Shown here one piece after another: positions 15,811 through 22,463 of a DNA stretch of 64,000 bases (position 1 is its first letter; every line of letters starts with the position of its first letter). The notes beneath the pieces are model-generated. The model was not told the DNA's origin. It was given only the letters and a program-made list of their open reading frames with translations, and did no database searches. Both the position numbers and the translations under genes were made by a program. The DNA is from an uncultured virus (IMG/VR IMGVR_UViG_3300031841_005656). Lineage: Duplodnaviria > Heunggongvirae > Uroviricota > Caudoviricetes. The DNA lies in IMG/VR virus record IMGVR_UViG_3300031841_005656. One strand, given 5' to 3'.

Positions 15811-15857
15811 TTGACATCTAACGTTTGGGCGCAAGGCCGCCGGCCGTTAGACGTCAA
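15811..15857 (+). repeat. 47-bp element copy 8
   Basis: TTGACATCTAACG-TTTG-GGCG-CAAGG-CCGC-CGGC-CGTTAGACGTCAA. Confidence 0.95.
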
Positions 15858-15878
15858 GCTTTTTCTTCACTTTTTTTC

Positions 15879-15910
15879 AAAAAAAACACCCCGCTTTCGC
15901 GGGGTGTTTT
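15879..15910 (-). terminator. intrinsic terminator
   Basis: A8-CACCCCGC-TTTC-GCGGGGTG-TTTT; near-identical to 13004-13034. Confidence 0.8.
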
Positions 15911-15921
15911 ACTGTTATGAG

Positions 15922-16089
15922 GTAGACAACGCACACACGGGTCCACAGATTATTGAGTCGCTGCCGCACCACCAGCAGTAAAACGGGCGCGAGCTGCCTA
16001 TAAAAACTCGCAGGGGTATTTAACTCCGCCGACTCAAAATTGTCGGGGTTAGCTTTACATCTGCCCCGCCAGATGCACATGGTGTCTAC
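15922..16089 (-). ncRNA. candidate ~170-nt multi-branch structured RNA
   Basis: Closing stem GTAGACA/TGTCTAC enclosing CATCTG/CAGATG, TTGAGTCG/CGACTCAA, GCGAGTT/AGCTCGC and CTGCTG/CGGCAG; G-U pairs favour the minus strand. Confidence 0.5.
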
Positions 16090-16090
16090 A

Positions 16091-16306
16091 CTAACTGACC
16101 GGCTCAAGGATACCGATTTGGTCGATGTTGAATCGACGAATGCCGCAGCTTTCGCCGTTCTGGAACTTGTAGCCGATAATGTGGTCGGCGTGACGCTCGG
16201 TGATGGCTACCGTGTATTCGTTGGTGCGGCCATCCTGCCGAGTGTAGGTGATGTGGTGGCGTGGTACGCTCTCTATTTCCTTTAGGATTTGTTCAGTTGT
16301 CATCAT
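16091..16306 (-). CDS. small WYL/SH3-like domain protein (71 aa; frame is also open from ATG 16495)
   Basis: ITYTRQDGRTNEYTV.......IIGY......IRRFNIDQI; own promoter TTGACT-17-TAAGCT with hairpin leader. Confidence 0.6.
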   Translation of the reverse strand: MMTTEQILKEIESVPRHHITYTRQDGRTNEYTVAITERHADHIIGYKFQNGESCGIRRFNIDQIGILEPVS

Positions 16307-16494
16307 AACTTTTTTTGTGTTTGGGTTCTTCCGAACCGCTGAGAAAAGCTTATTCCATATTGAGCGCAGAGTCAACCCTTTTGATAACTTTTTTTCAACT
16401 TTTTTTTCTGCGCGGGGCGGGTCGAATCGTTGATTAAATTCTCTTATCTTTTGCTCAATTGCCTTTAGGTCGGGCTTTACGTTTATTTGGTTCA

Positions 16495-16722
16495 TTATTT
16501 GAATTTTGTTGTGATGTGGTAGTTTCCACAGATTTTGCATTGGTAGATACGTGACTTGGTCTTGTAATACTTTTGCTGATTCTTAACATGCTTTTGTGCA
16601 TCCGACACTTTTTCAAATACTTTTTTGTCAAAGCATTGTATATAATATTTTTCTCTCAACTGCATATCCGGTTCTCCTTGGATAAAATCGTTAAAGACTT
16701 CGCTCTTCGTTCGCTTCTTCAT
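16495..16722 (-). CDS. small phage protein with YxCxxCGxYH Zn-binding motif
   Basis: C..KK.F....A...IYQCKICGNYHIT; TTGACA-17-TACAAT upstream. Confidence 0.65.
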   Translation of the reverse strand: MKKRTKSEVFNDFIQGEPDMQLREKYYIQCFDKKVFEKVSDAQKHVKNQQKYYKTKSRIYQCKICGNYHITTKFK

Positions 16723-16788
16723 GGCATTGTAGATGTTCGCATTTCGTTTGTCAAGTACGGGGTGCGCTTGCGCGCACCCCGTCAAGGA

Positions 16789-17088
16789 TTACATTGTGCC
16801 GTTGCTCGGCAGGTCTTTGCTGCCGTAGTTGTAGTTGCCCGCGTTGTACGGGTTGCGCATATGGCTACGGTCTACTTTTTTGCCGTAGATGTTGCGGTCT
16901 TTGTGGATGAACTTTTGGAAGCCCGCCGCGATAGCCTCCTTGATACCGCGCAGGTCTTCCGCGCTGATATTGGCCATTCCTTCGCAGCGTTCGGCCTCAT
17001 TGTTCAGCCGCTTGCTGAAATCTTTTTCGCCGAGGTTGCGTTGATGCGGCTCGAAGCCGCCCGTTTCGTTATTGTCTCTTGTTCTCAT
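16789..17088 (-). CDS. hypothetical protein (99 aa)
   Basis: GTT-ATG-AGA start behind TTGACT-17-AATAAT; followed by hairpin at about 16757-16782. Confidence 0.7.
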   Translation of the reverse strand: MRTRDNNETGGFEPHQRNLGEKDFSKRLNNEAERCEGMANISAEDLRGIKEAIAAGFQKFIHKDRNIYGKKVDRSHMRNPYNAGNYNYGSKDLPSNGTM

Positions 17089-17141
17089 AACCAGAAAAAT
17101 TATTGTCTATTCAGATGTTAAAGTCAACAGGAAATTTTTTT

Positions 17142-17408
17142 TTATTTGCTGAAGTAGCCGTGATCCTCAAAGCAGTTGACAATTTCAACGACGCGGTGAA
17201 TGTCACCAGCCAAAACTTTGTTGCCGTCGATATCTTTCTCCAACACCACTTGGTTGTGGTACTGGTCGATCATTTCCTGCTCGGTTGTGCCAAGCGGGAA
17301 AGTGCAGCCCTTGACACGGTTAACACGGGCCGAGAAGTGGTTGCCGGTGTAGGTTGGGTTCTTCTCCACTTTGAAGGTAACATTTAAAAATGGTTTCTTA
17401 TCTCTCAT
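17142..17408 (-). CDS. hypothetical protein (88 aa, MRDKKPF...)
   Basis: Promoter TTGACT-16-TATACT-10-ATG. Confidence 0.7.
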   Translation of the reverse strand: MRDKKPFLNVTFKVEKNPTYTGNHFSARVNRVKGCTFPLGTTEQEMIDQYHNQVVLEKDIDGNKVLAGDIHRVVEIVNCFEDHGYFSK

Positions 17409-17465
17409 AACGGGGATCAGTATATCAGAATTTTTTTGAAAGTCAACAAGTTTTTTCAACTTTTT

Positions 17466-17612
17466 TTATTCGCACTCCCAGCACATGAAGTTGTCGAATC
17501 CGTGATCCCATTGATCATGCTCTTCTTTTGACAAGCAAACTGTCTCGCCGCATCCGGTGCAAACTTCCTCGTAACCCTGCTCCATCTTATCTGTATTGTT
17601 CATGTCTTTCAT
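17466..17612 (-). CDS. 48-aa CxxC..CxxC Zn-finger peptide (not in ORF track)
   Basis: MKDMNNTDKMEQGYEEVCTGCGETVCLSKEEHDQWDHGFDNFMCWECE; promoter TTGCAA-16-TATACT with hairpin leader. Confidence 0.6.
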   Translation of the reverse strand: MKDMNNTDKMEQGYEEVCTGCGETVCLSKEEHDQWDHGFDNFMCWECE

Positions 17613-17907
17613 AACTTTTTTTTATGTTGTGCGGGTCTTCCCCCGCTTGCTGAAAACAGTATAGCAGAACCACAGAAAATTGCAAGCCCTAAATCAAAAA
17701 AAATTAAAAAAATTTTAGGCCTAAAATTATTGTTTTTGACAATAACCCTACCCATTTTTTGAAATTTTATACTATGATATGTTTATAATAACGGCGGGGG
17801 GTGCTTTTTTTCAATATGTAAACCAAAACCAAACAAAACAAAATTTTACTAAATCAAAAAAATCGGCGGCCCTATTTAAATTCAAACAAAAAAATATACA
17901 ATCAACA

Positions 17908-18564
17908 ATGGTTATTTCGCATAAATATAAATTTATTTATTTCTGTCCAGTGGGAAATTGCGCCACTTCTTCTATACAAGCTGCTTTAGGGCCATATCAT
18001 GACGACGCAAAACAATATGATGATAACAATGGAACTAAACACATTTGTCCTCGAGATTTTTTTAATGAATCTAATCAAGAACTTAAAAAATATTTCAAAT
18101 TTGCTGTGGTGAGAAACCCATGGGATTGGGTTTTAGCGACTTTTAGTAAAAATCTAACTTATATTAAACAGGGATCTTTGAACCCAGATGGATCACCTAA
18201 TTATGAGAGCGCTAAAGTAGTTAAAGCAAGTTTAAACGAGGCTATGGACGTTTATGATAATTGTGCTCGCGGTTGGGCTGTAGAAGCTACTAGCTTTGTT
18301 AAACAAAATTTTGCTTCTCAATACGAAGCTCATTGTGATGATTTTAAATGCCTTGTGGATAAATTTTTACATTTTGAGAATTTAAAAACAGAATTCGAAG
18401 ATACACTGAAGAATTTGGGGCTACCTGACTTAAAGCTTCCACATAAGCAAAACAACAATAATGAAGCTCAAAAAAAATACCAAGCTTGGTACGGAGAAAA
18501 AGAAAAACAAATTATTTACGATCATTTTAAGGTAGATGTAGATATTTTTAAATATGAGTTTTAA
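17908..18564 (+). CDS. sulfotransferase family protein (Sulfotransfer_2-like)
   Basis: MVISHKYKFIYF, A.SSI, YFKFAVVRNPWD.V, FENL..EF, D...F.YEF. Confidence 0.75.
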   Translation: MVISHKYKFIYFCPVGNCATSSIQAALGPYHDDAKQYDDNNGTKHICPRDFFNESNQELKKYFKFAVVRNPWDWVLATFSKNLTYIKQGSLNPDGSPNYESAKVVKASLNEAMDVYDNCARGWAVEATSFVKQNFASQYEAHCDDFKCLVDKFLHFENLKTEFEDTLKNLGLPDLKLPHKQNNNNEAQKKYQAWYGEKEKQIIYDHFKVDVDIFKYEF

Positions 18565-18607
18565 AATTTTTCTTGACAATCCAAACAAAAACAAACAAAC
18601 TTTTCGC

Positions 18608-19342
18608 ATGACGAAATTATATTTATTTTTAATAATACTTTTTAGCGCCGTTTCTTTAATGGCTGGACCAAATACTTACAAGCTGATTAATGATAAAACG
18701 TATACGTGGCTAGAAGCAAAAGCGGACGCTGAATCAAGAGGAGGTTATTTAGTAACCATCACTACTACAGAAGAAGAAGATAAATTAAAAAAATTATTTC
18801 CTTTAATGATTTCTTCAGTTGATATTTCATGGGCTATAGGGGCTACCACAGAAAATGGAGGCTCTTGGATCACAGGCGAATCTTCGCATTATATACCTTG
18901 GCGAGTAGGCTATGGACCGGGAAAATACTCTAATGATCATAAATATGGAGAATGGCATGGAGGGGGCATGAGAAATATGGAAAATGATCATGTTTATAAT
19001 GGTTATATATTAGAAATAGGAAATACTTCAGCTATATATAAATTAAGAAAATCTATACCTTCAGGATTTTCCATGCTGCATATACCGTTTTCTTATCACA
19101 ATAATACTGTAACTGACATTTTTGGGGCAACACCTAATTTTGTTTTATACGAATACACCAACAATAAATGGATAATCAACTCTTACGACCCAGACTTTGA
19201 AGAATGGGACTATCCATCACATTTCTTACCTGCTGGAACAGCAGTTTGGGTTTTAAACAATTCGCTTCAAGCTAAAACAATTGAATTCACCGGACGTATG
19301 CCGCAAAACTGGAGAAAAGTCATTGAAATATCAAATCCATAA
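18608..19342 (+). CDS. secreted C-type lectin-domain protein
   Basis: Signal peptide; TW.EAK.DAESRGGYLVTIT..EE, WITGE...Y..W, GYILE; leaderless promoter TTGACA(18573)-17-CAAACT-6-ATG. Confidence 0.75.
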   Translation: MTKLYLFLIILFSAVSLMAGPNTYKLINDKTYTWLEAKADAESRGGYLVTITTTEEEDKLKKLFPLMISSVDISWAIGATTENGGSWITGESSHYIPWRVGYGPGKYSNDHKYGEWHGGGMRNMENDHVYNGYILEIGNTSAIYKLRKSIPSGFSMLHIPFSYHNNTVTDIFGATPNFVLYEYTNNKWIINSYDPDFEEWDYPSHFLPAGTAVWVLNNSLQAKTIEFTGRMPQNWRKVIEISNP

Positions 19343-19374
19343 TAGAAATTAAAATCTAATACTTATTATACCAT

Positions 19375-19536
19375 ATGGAAAATAAAGAAAAAGAAATTGT
19401 TGACCTTGTTAAACAAGTCATTCAACTCAAAACAGAACTAAAATCTACAGCCGCCGGTTATCGTGAAGAAATCAAAGAATTAGAAAAACAGATTTCAGAT
19501 TTGATAGATGAAGCCGCCGAAAAGAATGAAGATTAA
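19375..19536 (+). CDS. 53-aa coiled-coil peptide (not in ORF track)
   Basis: MENKEKEIVDLVKQVIQLKTELKSTAAGYREEIKELEKQISDLIDE... Confidence 0.6.
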   Translation: MENKEKEIVDLVKQVIQLKTELKSTAAGYREEIKELEKQISDLIDEAAEKNED

Positions 19537-19551
19537 GTGTAATAATATTAC

Positions 19552-21093
19552 ATGGGAGATATCCATACTTTAGCGAGTACAGGCAATATCAAAGGAATCA
19601 AGAAAGCTCTCTCTAACAAGAGGGCTTTTTTGTCGTTAGATGATGAACAAGGCTGGAGTCCGCTTCATTATGCTGCAAACTATAGTAAAGCCAAGATAGT
19701 TCAAATTATTTTGGATGCAGGTGTCAATCCAAACATAAAAAGCAAACCTCCTCAACCAAAAAAACAAAATGATTGGAATTTGGCATTAGAAGATAATAAA
19801 GAACATAAAATTTCCATTGTTCATCCTATGGACGTTGCCGAAGGTCCTCATCGAACAAAAATACTAAACAATCTCATATCAAAGGGTGGAGAATTTTGCG
19901 CAGAAGAATTGAACTTGCATCAAGCAGTTCAAATGCAAGATATCGATGAAATCGAATGTTTACTTGAAGATGACTCTATAAAAATAAATGAAAGAGATAA
20001 TAGAGGTTGGATGCCCATACATTATGCTGTTGAGATAGGTAATTTTGATATAGTTAAATTATTAGTAGAAAACAAAGCTAATGTAAACGGATCTACATTT
20101 GAGCCAGAGCTAGACCAACTTAATCCTTGGGAAATAGCAAACGATAATGAAAATGAGGAGATGCTAAAATATTTGGTTTCCAAAGGCGCAATGAAGCATT
20201 CTACAAGAGGCCAAGTAAAATATAAAAAATCCGCAGGTCAAATTAAAGTTGGTAATGATGAGCCGGAATTCAAAGGTCTAACATACGAAGATGTTCCTAA
20301 GCAACCAGAAGGATTGTTGGGCAAATTATTCGAGTCTAAATCTGATAAAATAAAAAGATTAGAGGCGGCAGCCGCACAAATGAAACAAAAAGAAGATCAG
20401 GCCGCCGAAGCTAGAAAGAAAATACAACAAGAAGAAGAAAAGAAAAAAAGACAGCGAGTTATTAAATGGAAGTGGGGAGAAGATCCATTTAAATTAAAAG
20501 GCGAATCGCTCGAGTACGATAGACCGTGCGAAGCTCATACATTTTTTATGGATATAGTTGGATATTCCAAAAAAAGTACGGCAGAGCAAAAAAAAGTAAC
20601 AGATGAACTTATATCGTATGTAAAAGGCACCCAAAGCTTTCAGCAAGCTCAAAGACAAGGTAAATTGATTATATTGCCTACCGGAGACGGTATGGCTTTA
20701 GTTTTTTTTAATTCGGTTCACGCTGCATTTAAATGCGCCGTGGACGTAGGAAAAAAAGTATATAAACATGCTCAAATTGGATTAAGAATGGGTTTGTATA
20801 CCGGACCGGTAGTTCCGGTAAAAGATATCAACGATAACCCTAATGTTTCGGGCGATGGCATCAACATGGCCCAGCGTTGCATGGACGCTGGGGATAATGA
20901 TCATATTTTAGTTTCTAATCATGTGCATCAATATGTTTGTGAAATGGATATCCCCGGATTGAAGTTCGAAGATTGGGGGCAGGTCATAGTTAAGCATGGG
21001 TCTACAGTTCATATGTGGACGGCATATGGTCCGGGCTTCGGCAGAACAGAGTTTCCGGACTGGAGAGGTACAAAAAGAGTTGAACTTGAATGA
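19552..21093 (+). CDS. ankyrin-repeat protein with C-terminal class III nucleotide cyclase domain
   Basis: GWSPLHYAA and GWMPIHYAV ankyrin repeats; coiled-coil linker; FMDIVGYS, TGDGMAL, RMGLYTGPV, GDGINMAQR. Confidence 0.85.
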   Translation: MGDIHTLASTGNIKGIKKALSNKRAFLSLDDEQGWSPLHYAANYSKAKIVQIILDAGVNPNIKSKPPQPKKQNDWNLALEDNKEHKISIVHPMDVAEGPHRTKILNNLISKGGEFCAEELNLHQAVQMQDIDEIECLLEDDSIKINERDNRGWMPIHYAVEIGNFDIVKLLVENKANVNGSTFEPELDQLNPWEIANDNENEEMLKYLVSKGAMKHSTRGQVKYKKSAGQIKVGNDEPEFKGLTYEDVPKQPEGLLGKLFESKSDKIKRLEAAAAQMKQKEDQAAEARKKIQQEEEKKKRQRVIKWKWGEDPFKLKGESLEYDRPCEAHTFFMDIVGYSKKSTAEQKKVTDELISYVKGTQSFQQAQRQGKLIILPTGDGMALVFFNSVHAAFKCAVDVGKKVYKHAQIGLRMGLYTGPVVPVKDINDNPNVSGDGINMAQRCMDAGDNDHILVSNHVHQYVCEMDIPGLKFEDWGQVIVKHGSTVHMWTAYGPGFGRTEFPDWRGTKRVELE

Positions 21094-21320
21094 TAGGGAA
21101 AGTTCAACTGGTTTCCCAATTGTATAAGCCATGGACAATACAAGATAATGATATGTACTCAAAGGGAATACAATCGTGGCAAGACAGACGGGTGCGTGAA
21201 GCTGACTTTGCGGCCAACTCGCTACAAAGACGCGCAAACGAAAAAACACTTTTTGAGGAATATGTTGCAAGTAAAATACAGCTATCAACACAATTTGAGT
21301 TGTTGAATATTACAATATGA
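21090..21320 (+). CDS. hypothetical protein
   Basis: ATGA-coupled to cyclase. Confidence 0.55.
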   Translation: MIGKVQLVSQLYKPWTIQDNDMYSKGIQSWQDRRVREADFAANSLQRRANEKTLFEEYVASKIQLSTQFELLNITI

Positions 21321-21456
21321 ATGATAAGCAAAAACATTTTGTCTTGTGTCTGATAGGGCTTATATTTATTATAGCGGTGTCAGTTTCGTCTTGTGAGCCT
21401 AGAGGCGATATGGCAACTAAAGACTTAATGTTCGAAAAAGTAGGCTCAGGTATTAG

Positions 21457-21663
21457 ATGAAAATATATTGTATTTCTTGGAAAGACGAAAGATGGACGGC
21501 AGACGAAAAAGCGCTAAAAAATATAAATCAACTCATAAATCAAGAAAAAAGACAAATGAATAAAATACAAAAGATCTTAGAGGTATTTTTTATGTTTTTA
21601 GGTTGGGTGTTTGTGGCCCCACGGTACATTATAAACATTTTAAAGTGTAAATTTAAAAAATGA
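21457..21663 (+). CDS. small membrane protein
   Basis: C-terminal hydrophobic helix. Confidence 0.45.
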   Translation: MKIYCISWKDERWTADEKALKNINQLINQEKRQMNKIQKILEVFFMFLGWVFVAPRYIINILKCKFKK

Positions 21664-22001
21664 AAAAAATTTTTAAAAATAACGCAAATATAGCATTTGA
21701 TTGTCTAAAAGTAATAATAGCAGGCATGTCAGCATTTTTATTGTTATTTTTATTGACAGGGTGTGCTAATTGGGAAGTTGTCGATTGCGATCATCATCAT
21801 TGTGACCATCATCACCATTTTGATCACCATGTAGATCACCATCACTATCATCACTATACCCCAAGGCAAATACATTACCATGAGCATGTGACTAAGTCGA
21901 AGCCGCTCCCAAATAGGCCACAGCGGCCCGTAAATGCCCCTAGCAGGCCGATTAGCAAAGGTGTGCCCCCCAAGCGCACCCCAACAAGAAAAGACGACTG
22001 A
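21660..22001 (+). CDS. His-rich putative lipoprotein
   Basis: LLTGC lipobox, then DCDHHHCDHHHHFDHHVDHHHYHH and a Pro/Arg tail. Confidence 0.6.
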   Translation: MKKIFKNNANIAFDCLKVIIAGMSAFLLLFLLTGCANWEVVDCDHHHCDHHHHFDHHVDHHHYHHYTPRQIHYHEHVTKSKPLPNRPQRPVNAPSRPISKGVPPKRTPTRKDD

Positions 22002-22003
22002 GC

Positions 22004-22243
22004 GTGGATATTGACAAAGAAATAAAATTTTTAGAAAGGTGGACTTTATATATCCCCATAATAGGCTTGACTTTATGTTTAATGACTGTAGGATGCGCTG
22101 GCAAATGGGTTTGGCAAGAAGATTATCCAAAACATAGAACTATGTCTTTAAAATGCCCAAGATGGAATTATAATGAAGCATATGATGAATTACATCATAT
22201 ATACACAACAAGGCAGCATGAACCTATAAAAGTAAAAAAATGA
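22004..22243 (+). CDS. small membrane/lipoprotein
   Basis: Hydrophobic stretch ending TVGC. Confidence 0.5.
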   Translation: MDIDKEIKFLERWTLYIPIIGLTLCLMTVGCAGKWVWQEDYPKHRTMSLKCPRWNYNEAYDELHHIYTTRQHEPIKVKK

Positions 22244-22455
22244 ATAATATTACTCACGATGTAATTACCGACTGCGACTGTCAAGCCCATCTCTTGAGAA
22301 TAACTAAGTTTGACGATGAGGAGAGTATTTCTATTACCCATTACTCTTGTAGCCCTGAAGAAGTTGATGATTCTAAAAATCTTTGTTGGGACGTTGTTTT
22401 GAACAAAGAAAAAGCTATTAACCTAGCTGAGTCCATATTTAAAATTTATAGTTAG
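22240..22455 (+). CDS. hypothetical protein
   Basis: ATGA-coupled ORF. Confidence 0.55.
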   Translation: MNNITHDVITDCDCQAHLLRITKFDDEESISITHYSCSPEEVDDSKNLCWDVVLNKEKAINLAESIFKIYS

Positions 22456-22463
22456 TAAAAGAA

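Noticed and set aside
7403..15857. 47-bp repeats as a CRISPR array
   Set aside because: Intervals are 0.5-1.9 kb, unequal and gene-containing; no cas genes in the window.
7403..15857. Canonical integron with attC sites
   Set aside because: Core-to-core length is 37 bp, shorter than known attC sites; no IntI in the window; right arms do not consistently complement the next copy's left arm. Kept only as an analogy.
8434..15857. Element arms (TTGACA/TTGACT) as -35 boxes of promoters
   Set aside because: The position 16-18 nt downstream falls in the GC-rich core on both strands, so there is no -10 box; the real promoters lie outside the element.
8434..15857. ORF-track entries beginning MTSN(A/G)... 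(8434+, 9526-, 12041-, 15857-) as a protein family
   Set aside because: They are translations starting at the TTG of the repeat arm; true starts are the downstream GTTATGAG codons, or the ORFs are spurious.
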